From: Caulobacterales bacterium
GTDB lineage: Bacteria; Pseudomonadota; Alphaproteobacteria; Caulobacterales; Caulobacteraceae
Length of the DNA: 64,000 bases
Direction of reading: 5' to 3'
NCBI GenBank assembly: GCA_038323535.1
Contig: JBBQGZ010000001.1
Span: forward strand, 992 to 64,991
Positions 40,229 through 48,758 of the stretch are shown here, piece by piece (the stretch's first letter is position 1; every line of letters begins with the position of its first letter). The notes under the pieces are model-generated. The model worked only from the letters and a program-made list of their open reading frames with translations. It had not been told where the DNA came from and did not search any database. A program made the position numbers and the translations under genes.

Positions 40229-41934
40229 TCTCCGCGACCGGGGTGATGAAGGCGCTGCTGGTCAGCCTGACGCTGGCGGTTTCGGCCTACGCCGTGGCCA
40301 AGATCAATTTGTTCGGCTTCGAAGCGGCCTCCGACCGCCTGGCCGACCAAGTCTATCAACGGATCACCGCCGCCGACTACGGCGCCGACCGGCGCGGCCA
40401 GCGCGCGGTGCGCGTGGTCTATCTGGACGAGACCTCCATCGAGGCGATGAAGGGTTACGGCTGGCGGCGCTTCCCCCCGACCTACGACCAGCAGTGGACC
40501 ATGCTGGACGACTTGATGAGCGTCGGCGGGGCGCCCCCGTCGGCCATGTATGTGGACTTCGTCTACATGGGCCAGGGCGGAACCTCCGACGGCTTCCCGG
40601 CCTTCCTCGACGGCCTGGCCGCCGCCACCCGCGCGCGGGCCTGGGCGGACAAGCCCGGATGCCTCGCCGACCCTCTGATCAAGATCGCCTGCGTCATCGC
40701 CGCGGGGGGGACCCCGATCATCCTGGCCAAGCCGTCGCCCGGCGATCTGGACCTGTTCACCGACGTCCAGCGCAGCCTCGATACGGTCGCCATCCTGGCC
40801 CCGGCCATGGTCCGGCTGGAGGCCTATCCCCTGATCACCGACTACGGCTTCGATGCGGCCAAGGCCGCGCGACTGGGCGTGCACCGGTTCGACATCTCCC
40901 CGGCCATGGGCCTCTATGCGGCCTGGTGCCTGCGCCGCGGCGACCATTGCGGCGAGCCGGTGTTCGCGCGCCTGGCGTCCCAGGCCAGGGAGGCCCTGGC
41001 CGGCCGGCCCTCCAGACCGCCGGACCTTTCAACGGTGTTCGACGCTCCCCTGGACGTGGTCTGGGGCTCGCGCCCGGACCCCGATTATCTGGCGGTCACC
41101 AAAGCGGTGACCGGGGCGCCGGCTCCCTGCCGGGGCCTGGCCTCCGGATGGCGGGACCGCCTGATGGAGCAGATGGCCGGCCTGCGCGGGCCCGGCGTCG
41201 GCAAGCGTCAGGAATGCCCCTACGCCTACAGCCTGGGCTACGACCGCCTGGTGGTCGGGCAGGGATTGGGAAAGGATGACCTGGCGAACCTGCTGGCCGG
41301 CAAGATGATTTTGGTCGGCGGCCATTTCCGCGCCTCCAACGACTGGGTGGAATCGCCGGTGCACGGCCAGGCGCCCGGGGTGCAGTACCACGCCATGGCC
41401 CTGGACAATTTGATCGAGGATGGCGACGAATACCGGCGCAACGCCAACGCCTTCCTCGATTCGGACCTGCTCAAGAGCGCGATGATCTTCGCCCTCGCCT
41501 TTTGCGGCGCCCTGGGGGTGATGGCGCGCAACAGCCTGCTGGACCGGGCGACGGCCGAGGGGGTGGAGCCCCGCCTGCGCTCCACCGTCTATGGGCCGCT
41601 CTATCTGCTGCTCTTCTCCGCCTCGATCGGGACGGTGTTCATGGCCACCTGGCTGGGGGTGGCCTATCTGCACCGCTCGCCGATCAACTGGATCGGCCTG
41701 TGCGGCGTCGCGGTCGCCTTTTTGTTCTACGCCACCCGCCAGACCCTGCCGGCCGACATCGCCGGCTCGGTCGAGAGGTTCCGCTTCGCGCGCCAGATTG
41801 TGCGCCTGCGGCGGCGCGTGGTATCCCTGCTGAGGTTCGAGGAGGAGCGGTTGCTGGGACCGCGAGCCTCGAAGTCGGCCGGCCGCCGGGGAGCGGAACC
41901 GGCCTCGGAGGGGTCCGACCATGGTCAAGACTAG
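40225..41934 (+). CDS. CHASE2-domain membrane protein without cytoplasmic output domain
   Basis: N-terminal TM, VRVVYLDE, YVDFVY, GKMILVG, DWVESPVHGQAPGVQYHAMALDNL followed by 3 TM helices and a short tail. Confidence 0.78.
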   Translation: MISATGVMKALLVSLTLAVSAYAVAKINLFGFEAASDRLADQVYQRITAADYGADRRGQRAVRVVYLDETSIEAMKGYGWRRFPPTYDQQWTMLDDLMSVGGAPPSAMYVDFVYMGQGGTSDGFPAFLDGLAAATRARAWADKPGCLADPLIKIACVIAAGGTPIILAKPSPGDLDLFTDVQRSLDTVAILAPAMVRLEAYPLITDYGFDAAKAARLGVHRFDISPAMGLYAAWCLRRGDHCGEPVFARLASQAREALAGRPSRPPDLSTVFDAPLDVVWGSRPDPDYLAVTKAVTGAPAPCRGLASGWRDRLMEQMAGLRGPGVGKRQECPYAYSLGYDRLVVGQGLGKDDLANLLAGKMILVGGHFRASNDWVESPVHGQAPGVQYHAMALDNLIEDGDEYRRNANAFLDSDLLKSAMIFALAFCGALGVMARNSLLDRATAEGVEPRLRSTVYGPLYLLLFSASIGTVFMATWLGVAYLHRSPINWIGLCGVAVAFLFYATRQTLPADIAGSVERFRFARQIVRLRRRVVSLLRFEEERLLGPRASKSAGRRGAEPASEGSDHGQD

Positions 41935-42301
41935 CCTCGCCATCGCCGTCGCCGCCGCCCTGCTGACGCCGGCCGCTGCCCTCGCCGACGGCCTGGGCAA
42001 GGTCACCCAGGCGCTGCGCCCGACCCTTCGGACCTTCGACGCCCAGGGCCGGCCCCTGGGCGAGATCAAGGCCGCCGCCCTGCATCTGCCCGCCCCGATC
42101 GTGGCCCACGGCGTGGGGGCCAGCATCGGGATCAAGGCGGAGGGCGGCGTCGTCTATCTGCGCGGCCTGGACGTCCAGACCGAGGGCGTCAACGCGACCT
42201 GCGCGCCGGTACAGGCCGCCGCTCGCCCGTCGGGCTCGGCCTACGCCACCTCCAACATGGGACTGGGCGGAGCCGCGGACTGCCGGCCGGCGCGCCGATG
42301 A
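41921..42301 (+). CDS. Small secreted hypothetical protein
   Basis: 126 aa, signal peptide ending ALA-D, two Cys near the C-terminus; overlaps both neighbours. Confidence 0.75.
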   Translation: MVKTSLAIAVAAALLTPAAALADGLGKVTQALRPTLRTFDAQGRPLGEIKAAALHLPAPIVAHGVGASIGIKAEGGVVYLRGLDVQTEGVNATCAPVQAAARPSGSAYATSNMGLGGAADCRPARR

Positions 42302-43941
42302 GCCTGCCGCGCCCGGCGCGCGCCCTGGCCGGCGCGGCGCTGATCGCCCTGGCCGGACTCCAACCAGGCTTGGCCGCCCCGCGCGGCGACCGGTTCTCCG
42401 TTTCCGGCAAGGGCGGCCCTTTCATCAAGGCGGTGGCGGGGCGGCGCCTGGGCGTGGACGCCGTCGGCGGCCCGGCCCTGGGCCTGGCGTCCGACGCGCT
42501 CAAACGGGGCGACTACCAGGCCGCGCGCCTGCGCATGCCCCAGACCGAAGCCAAGGTCCGGGCGCTCCTGGACCGGATCGAGGCCCGCTGGCCCTACGCC
42601 AAGACCCAGCCGGTGACGGTGCGCATGGTCGGCATCGACTATTACAGCGCCTATTCCCTGCCGGACGGTTCGATCATGGTCGGCCTGGGCCTCCTGGAAC
42701 AGGCGCGGTCGGACGACGAGGTTGCCTTCGTCCTGGCCCATGAGCTGGGTCACATCCGGCTGGGCCATTTTGCCCAGAACGCCGGCCGCGCCGAAAAAGC
42801 CGATGAGACGGCCAGCCGCCTGGGGGCGCTCTATCTGATCGGATCGACCGCGTACGGCCTGGGGCGGGGAGGCTCGGTGGGCGGCGCCCTGGCGGCGGCG
42901 GGCGCCAAGGCGGAGGCCACCAGCGACTATCTGCATTTCCTGGCCAAGGCGATGGTGGAACCGACCCACTCCCGCGTCCAGGAGGACGAGGCCGACGCCC
43001 TGGGCTTCGACCTGGCGCAGGCCGCCGCGTTCGCCGCCGACAGCGCCTCGGCCCAGGTGTTCGACACCATCCAGGCCGACCAGGAGACCCGCAAGGCCAC
43101 CCAGAACGCCCTCACGGCGCAGCTGAAGGCGCAGCTGGGCCAACTGGTCAACGCGGACACCGCCCAGAGCTTTCTTTCGGGCGGCCCATCCCCTCAGAGC
43201 CTGAAGCAGGGCCTCTTCAAAGGGGCGGGGCGCCTGGCCCTCGGCTTCGCCGCCGCCCGCCAGGAAGACTCCGGCCCGCGCCATCGCTCGCCCCAGGCCC
43301 GCAAGAAGGGGATCGCCGACTATTCCGCCGACGCCTATCCCGGGGGCCTGCCCCTGCGGGACGAGCAGACCGCCTGGCTCACCCAGGTCCGCGCCGCCAG
43401 GGAGTACCAGGACGGCCCGGCGACCGTGGCGGCCGTGCGCGCGGCGATGAAGGCGCGCGGCGACGGCGACCCGGCCGGGGCGGAACGGGAACTCGCCAAG
43501 GCCGCCAGGACCCAGTTCGCCTCCGCGCCCCTGGTGGTCAATGAGGCGGCGCGCATCCGCGACGACCTGCGCGACACCGCCCGCGCCGACGCCCTGTTCA
43601 CCCGGGCCGAACAGAGCCCCGACCAGAGCATCGACGGCTATCTGGACCACGCCCGCATGTTCTACCGCCTCGGCCGCGACGATCGGGCGATGGCGATCCT
43701 GCGCCAAGGGATCGCGCGCTTCGGGGCCGACGACAAACCCTTCATCTCCCTCGAAGTGGCTGTATCGCGCCAGGAAGGCAGGGTCGGCGAGGCCCGGGCC
43801 TATCTCGACAAATGCCTGGCCTATGACCAACCCGACCTCACCAAGGACTGCCAGGAGGCCGCCGGCGAGCTCGCCCGCGCCCAGCCGGCGCCGCCCAAGC
43901 GCGCCCTGCACCTCCCGAGCCTGCCGGGCCTGCCGTTCTAG
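42298..43941 (+). CDS. M48 family zinc metallopeptidase with helical/TPR-like C-terminus
   Basis: Signal peptide, AYSLPDGSI, DEVAFVLAHELGH, QEDEADALG. Confidence 0.85.
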   Translation: MSLPRPARALAGAALIALAGLQPGLAAPRGDRFSVSGKGGPFIKAVAGRRLGVDAVGGPALGLASDALKRGDYQAARLRMPQTEAKVRALLDRIEARWPYAKTQPVTVRMVGIDYYSAYSLPDGSIMVGLGLLEQARSDDEVAFVLAHELGHIRLGHFAQNAGRAEKADETASRLGALYLIGSTAYGLGRGGSVGGALAAAGAKAEATSDYLHFLAKAMVEPTHSRVQEDEADALGFDLAQAAAFAADSASAQVFDTIQADQETRKATQNALTAQLKAQLGQLVNADTAQSFLSGGPSPQSLKQGLFKGAGRLALGFAAARQEDSGPRHRSPQARKKGIADYSADAYPGGLPLRDEQTAWLTQVRAAREYQDGPATVAAVRAAMKARGDGDPAGAERELAKAARTQFASAPLVVNEAARIRDDLRDTARADALFTRAEQSPDQSIDGYLDHARMFYRLGRDDRAMAILRQGIARFGADDKPFISLEVAVSRQEGRVGEARAYLDKCLAYDQPDLTKDCQEAAGELARAQPAPPKRALHLPSLPGLPF

Positions 43942-45056
43942 CTCTGGAAGATCAGCAGCAGATAGGCGGCGAACAGGAGCAGGTGCACCGCGCCTTGCAG
44001 GACATTGGTCCGCCCGCTGGCGAAGGTCACCACGCTGACCCCCAAGGTAAGGACCAGCATCACCACGTCGGTGTTCTGTAAGCCCAGCACCAGCGACCGC
44101 CCGGTCAGATGGCTCACCAACAGCATGGCCGGGATGGTCAGGCCGATGGTCGACAGCACCGAGCCCAGGAAGATATTCACCGCGCGCTGCAGGTTGTTGG
44201 CGCTGGCGGCGCGGACCGCGCCGATGGCTTCGGGCGTCGCCACGAGCAGGGCCATCATCAGCCCCCCCAGGGCGCCGGGCCCATGCAGGGTCTCGATGAT
44301 GTAGTCGACCGGATGGGCGAACTGCTCGGCGAGGAACGCCACCGGCGCCATGTAGACCGCGAGCAGGACTACGTGGCGCGCCAGGGGGCGCCGGTCGGTG
44401 GCGGGCGAATAGTCCCGGCTGAGTTCCGCCACCTCTCCCAGCTTGAAATAGCCGCGATGCCGGCTGGTCTGCATCACCAGGAACGCGCCGTAGAGTCCCG
44501 CCGACATGAAGATCAGGCAGGTTTCCTGGGTGAACGACAGGGTCGGCCCGGCGGTGGTCTGGGTGAAGTTGGGCATGATCAGGCCCAGGGCGGCCAGGGG
44601 GATGATGACGCCCAAATAGGCGTTGACCCCTTGGAAATTGTAGGCCTGTTCGCGGTATTTCCACGCGCCGATCAGAAGCGACAGGCCGACCAGGCCGTTG
44701 AGGATGATCATCACCACGGAAAACAGCGTGTCGCGCACCAGCTTGGGGTCGTTCTGGCCGTGCAGCATCACCGCCGAAATGGTCATCACCTCGATCGCGG
44801 TCACCGAGAGGGTCAGGATCAGTGTGCCGAAGGGCTCGCCCAGCCGGGCCGCGAGCTGGTCCGCGTGGCGCGCCACCGACAGCGCCGAGCCCAGCACCAC
44901 GGCGAACAGCCACGCGAAGACGCCCGCCAGCCACAGCGGGTTCGCCAGCTCGCTGAACAGGGCCGGCCCTTCGATCAGAAAAGCCAGGACGGTCGCGAGG
45001 CTGACGCCCAGGAACCACTCCTGACGAACGAACGCGGGCAATCGCGGAATAGTCAT
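43938..45056 (-). CDS. chaA: Ca2+/H+ antiporter ChaA (CaCA family)
   Basis: LGEPFGTLILTLSVTAIEV, VATPE, LGSVLSTIGLTIP, TNVLQGAVHL. Confidence 0.9.
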   Translation of the reverse strand: MTIPRLPAFVRQEWFLGVSLATVLAFLIEGPALFSELANPLWLAGVFAWLFAVVLGSALSVARHADQLAARLGEPFGTLILTLSVTAIEVMTISAVMLHGQNDPKLVRDTLFSVVMIILNGLVGLSLLIGAWKYREQAYNFQGVNAYLGVIIPLAALGLIMPNFTQTTAGPTLSFTQETCLIFMSAGLYGAFLVMQTSRHRGYFKLGEVAELSRDYSPATDRRPLARHVVLLAVYMAPVAFLAEQFAHPVDYIIETLHGPGALGGLMMALLVATPEAIGAVRAASANNLQRAVNIFLGSVLSTIGLTIPAMLLVSHLTGRSLVLGLQNTDVVMLVLTLGVSVVTFASGRTNVLQGAVHLLLFAAYLLLIFQS

Positions 45057-45134
45057 CGGCGCGACTGTAGGGTCGCCGCCCCTTCGCCGAAAGGCTATTG
45101 ACGTTGGAGAACCTCCCCGGCTCCGGAGACCGTC

Positions 45135-45293
45135 ATGACCGAAAAGCCCCCAACGCCCCGCAAGCCGGGCGAGCCCATTTCCGACGAGGAATTCGCCAAG
45201 CGCGACGAACGCCTAACCGAAAAGCTCGACGACCTCGAAAAAGAAACCCTCGAGAAAAAGCCCAAACCCCCCGGCGTGGGAGCGATGTTTTAG
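45135..45293 (+). CDS. Putative 52-aa small protein
   Basis: GGAG at 45125-45128, ATG 45135; MTEKPPTPRKPGEPISDEEFAKRDERLTEKLDDLEKETLEKKPKPPGVGAMF. Below the ORF-track cutoff. Confidence 0.55.
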   Translation: MTEKPPTPRKPGEPISDEEFAKRDERLTEKLDDLEKETLEKKPKPPGVGAMF

Positions 45294-45713
45294 CCAGGCG
45301 CCTCCGCGCTTGATCCTCACCCGCGAAGCGGGGGAGGGGGACCCGCCGAAAGCGGTGGAGGGGGCGGCGGCGGCCTCGATCTCGCCGAGAACGCCAGGCA
45401 AGGTTTCGTCGTCCAGCACGCTAGCCGCAGTAAAGCGAAGCACCTTCAGGCCTCGGGAGACCAGCCATCTGTCTCGCGCTTGGTCGTGACTCTCCTGGTC
45501 CGGATGGCCATGGCCCTCGCCGTCGATCTCGACGGCCAAGCGCGTGGATGGGCAATAGAAGTCCAGGATGTAGGACCCGATGGGATGCTGCCGCCGAAAC
45601 CGAAGAGCGGCCAGCCTTCCTTTGCGAAGGTGGTCCCAGAGGACGACCTCGGGTAGGCTCATCTCGCGCCGGAGATTTCGAGCCCGCTTGAACGTCACGA
45701 TTTTGGCGCGCAC
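45213..45713 (-). CDS. DUF559 / Vsr-like endonuclease
   Basis: RARNLRREMSLPEVVLW, FRRQHPIGSYILDFYC, LAVEIDG..H, RDRWL...GLKVLRF. Confidence 0.9.
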   Translation of the reverse strand: MRAKIVTFKRARNLRREMSLPEVVLWDHLRKGRLAALRFRRQHPIGSYILDFYCPSTRLAVEIDGEGHGHPDQESHDQARDRWLVSRGLKVLRFTAASVLDDETLPGVLGEIEAAAAPSTAFGGSPSPASRVRIKRGGAWLKHRSHAGGFGLFLEGFFFEVVELFG

Positions 45714-45767
45714 CCGCCCCCTCCACCACTTCGTGGTCCCCCTCCCCCGCTTCGCGGGTGAGGATCA
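45311..45767. mobile_element. Hairpin inverted-repeat element enclosing the DUF559 gene
   Basis: 33-bp perfect IR TGATCCTCACCCGCGAAGCGGGGGAGGGGGACC at 45311-45343 and reverse complement at 45735-45767, plus shared inner GGTGGAGGGGGCGG. Mobility is inferred. Confidence 0.7.
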
Positions 45768-45776
45768 GAACAAGCT

Positions 45777-45914
45777 CTACCCGCCCGCCCCCGACACCCG
45801 CCAGATGGTGTCGCCTACGTCGTCGGCGACGAGGAGGGCGCCGCCGCCGTCCAGGGCGACGCCGACGGGGCGGCCGAGGGAGGCGGTGTGGGGGCCGAGC
45901 GCATAGTCCGGCAC
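45777..45914 (-). pseudogene. Remnant of a PQQ-dependent sugar (L-sorbosone-type) dehydrogenase
   Basis: [45 protein letters not shown], two C-terminal family motifs joined directly. Confidence 0.7.
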
Positions 45915-45917
45915 GGT

Positions 45918-47987
45918 TCACCAGATGCGGACGCGCTCGGCGGGCTCGACATAGTAGGCGTCGCCCGGCTCGACCCCGAACGCCGCGTACCAGGCGTCGA
46001 TGTTGCGCGCCGGGCCGATCACCCGAAAGGCGCGGGGGGAATGCGGGTCGCTGACCACCTGCTTTCGCACATAGTCCTCGCGCGCCTTGCCCCGCCACGC
46101 CTGGGCCCAGCCGAGGAAGACGCGCTGGTCGCCGGTGAAACCGTCGATGACCGGCGCCGGCCGCCCGTTCAGCGAGCGGTGGTAGGCCTCCAGCGCGACG
46201 TTGAGGCCGCCGAGGTCGGCGATGTTCTCGCCCATGGTCAGTTCGCCGTTGATGTGGGCGCCGGGGACCGGCTCATAGGCCGAATACTGCGCGCCCAGCC
46301 CCTTGGCTCGGGCCTCGAACGCGGTGGCGTCGGCCGGCGTCCACCAGTCGCGAAGCTGGCCCCGGGCGTCCAGCTTGCGGCCCTGGTCGTCGAAGCCGTG
46401 GGTGAGTTCGTGGCCGATCACCGCGCCGATGGCGCCGTAGTTGATCGCCGGGTCGGCCGCCGGGTCGAACATCGGCGGCTGCAGGATCCCGGCGGGGAAG
46501 ACGATGTCGCGCAGAGAGCCGTTGTAGGCGTCGTTGGTCTGGGGCGTCATCGACCAGTCGGCCCGGTCCACCGGCGCGTTCAGGCGATCGACATAGTACC
46601 GCCAGTCCCACGCTCCGGCGCGGCGCACGTCGCCGATGAGATCGTCGGCGCGGATGTCGAGCCCCGAATAGTCGCGCGGATGGTCGGGGTAGCCGACCTT
46701 GATCTGATAGGTGTCCAGCTTCTTCAAGGCCTCGACCTTGGTCGCCGCGCTCATCCAGTCGAGCCGTTCCAGCCTGGCGCGCATCGCCGCCTTCACATTG
46801 GCGACCAGGGCCTCGATCTTGGCCTTGGACGCCGGCGGGAAATACCGGGCGGCGTAGAGCTGGCCCACGGCGAAGCCCATCGAGCCGAAACAGTCGACCC
46901 GGTCGGTCCCCACGCAGTCGCCGCCCGCCACGGCGCGGATCCCCCGCTTCCATCGCGCCGCTTCCTCCGGCTGGCCCGACAGGGTCTTGTCGCGGAAGTC
47001 GAAGCGCGCCCGCGAAAACGGCTGGGAGAGGTAGAAGGCGGCGTTGTCGGCGATGGTGAACGCCTGCCAGGCCTTGAGCGCCGGCGGCGGGGTCGAGCGC
47101 CAGACCGCGGCGATGCGCGGGAAGGCCGATTTCTCCGCCACGATCACCCGGCCCTGGTCGGCGAGGCCGGCGCTTTCGAAGAAGCCCTTCCAGCCAAAGC
47201 CCGGGGCCAGGGCCTCGAGTTCCGCTCGGCTCATCGGATTGTAGACTTTTTCCGGGTCTCGTTGCTCGGCGCGGGTCCAACTGGCCGCCGCGATCGCGCT
47301 CTCGAAGGCCACGACGCCAGCGGCGGCCGCGCCCGGCTCCGGCCAGCCGGCGAGCCCTAGGACCCTGGCCACATAGGCTTGGTAGGCCGCCTTCTGGGCG
47401 GCGAAGGCCGGCTGGAGGTAGTAGTCACGGTCGGGCAGGCCCAGGCCGCCCTGGCCGACGTAGACCGCATAGCGCGAGACGTTCTTCAGATCGACGTCCA
47501 GGCTCAGGGCGAAGATCGAGCCGTAAAAATCGGACGTCGCGCGGCCCATGAGCGCGGCGAGGCGGTCGCGACCCCGCGCATCGCGCACGGCGGCCAGCTG
47601 CGGGCCGATCGGCGCGGGGCCCAGCGCATCCACCCGGCCCGCGTCCATGAAGGCCTTGTAGAAAGCCCCGACCTTATCCTCCGTCGTCGCGGGCCCAGCC
47701 GGCGCCCGCGCGGCGGCCCCATCCATCAGGGCGTGCAGGCGCGCCTGGATGGCGTCGCTCATCGCGAAGCGGAGCGAGGCGATCGGCTTGTCGGCCGGGA
47801 TCGGCGTGCGCGCCAGCCAGGCGCCGGAGGCGTAGCGGTTGAAGTCCGCCCCGGGCCGCGCGCCGCGGTCCATGGCCGTGAGGTCAAACCCCCAGGCGCC
47901 GTACTGGGGTTTGTCCGCCGCCCGCGCCCCGGCCGGCCCCGCCGCGGCGCCGATCAGGGCCACCATGGCCAACAAGGCACGCTTCAA
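45918..47987 (-). CDS. M13 family metallopeptidase (PepO/neprilysin-like)
   Basis: Signal peptide, GLGLPDRDYY, IVFPAGILQ, VIGHELTHGFD, GENIADLGG, DPHSP. Confidence 0.95.
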   Translation of the reverse strand: MKRALLAMVALIGAAAGPAGARAADKPQYGAWGFDLTAMDRGARPGADFNRYASGAWLARTPIPADKPIASLRFAMSDAIQARLHALMDGAAARAPAGPATTEDKVGAFYKAFMDAGRVDALGPAPIGPQLAAVRDARGRDRLAALMGRATSDFYGSIFALSLDVDLKNVSRYAVYVGQGGLGLPDRDYYLQPAFAAQKAAYQAYVARVLGLAGWPEPGAAAAGVVAFESAIAAASWTRAEQRDPEKVYNPMSRAELEALAPGFGWKGFFESAGLADQGRVIVAEKSAFPRIAAVWRSTPPPALKAWQAFTIADNAAFYLSQPFSRARFDFRDKTLSGQPEEAARWKRGIRAVAGGDCVGTDRVDCFGSMGFAVGQLYAARYFPPASKAKIEALVANVKAAMRARLERLDWMSAATKVEALKKLDTYQIKVGYPDHPRDYSGLDIRADDLIGDVRRAGAWDWRYYVDRLNAPVDRADWSMTPQTNDAYNGSLRDIVFPAGILQPPMFDPAADPAINYGAIGAVIGHELTHGFDDQGRKLDARGQLRDWWTPADATAFEARAKGLGAQYSAYEPVPGAHINGELTMGENIADLGGLNVALEAYHRSLNGRPAPVIDGFTGDQRVFLGWAQAWRGKAREDYVRKQVVSDPHSPRAFRVIGPARNIDAWYAAFGVEPGDAYYVEPAERVRIW

Positions 47988-48109
47988 GCTCGACCCTCCG
48001 CCCGATCCCGTCGCCGAGCGGCGGTCTTATCAGCCCAGCCGCGAGATGTCTCCGGCCGGTCCGCCGGCGGGCGCTAGGGGATACACAACTCGTTCAGGGG
48101 CACCTCTTG

Positions 48110-48306
48110 AACACCTCTCCCAGAGGGAGAGGGAGGGGCCCATGGCGCAGCCATGGGAGGGTGAGGGGTTACCATGCCCGGCGATTTCGCCATGTCTTTC
48201 AACTTGATACCTGACATCTGCGCCTCATTCGGATAGGCCGTAACCCCTCACCCTCCCACGCCCTGATCGGGCGCGGGCCCCTCCCTCTCCCTTTGGGAGA
48301 GGTGTT
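48110..48306. repeat. Non-coding hairpin inverted-repeat element (CIR/RIME/REPIN-like)
   Basis: Arms 48110-48172 and 48240-48306: AACACCTCTCCCA(G/A)AGGGAGAGGGAGGGGCCC, a variable hairpin, then TGGGAGGGTGAGGGGTTAC, in inverted orientation. Confidence 0.85.
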
Positions 48307-48758
48307 TAAAGATTGGGGATCGGCCGTCATTCAGCCGAGGTCAGGATCCCGCGACAGGCGTCGCATGGCTGGGTTTGCCGTACATGATCGATCCGCCGGC
48401 CGGAGGGCTCACGCGAGCCGCGCCGGGTTGGAACGACACGCCCATGGCCTGGTTGGGGGAGGTGCAGAGCAGCGCCTTCCTGGGCTTGGGGCCGATGGGC
48501 GAGAGGGTGGAGCCGTACGAGGTGATCGCACCCGGAGCGCCCGCCGATGAGGGAATTTGGCGGGGCTATTCACTTTATATTAGGAATCGTCGGGTCCCTT
48601 TACTGGAGTCGCCAATATTACAACTCGAGGTGTCCATTTGGCATGACACCGCTTCAATCCCGACGGCGCCCCGTTTTCGCTCGGCGCCCGGCCGTGAAAC
48701 CAAATGGACGCCCGGGCGCTCTTGAGAGAGCAGGACGGGTGTCTCGGGAGAGACGCTG

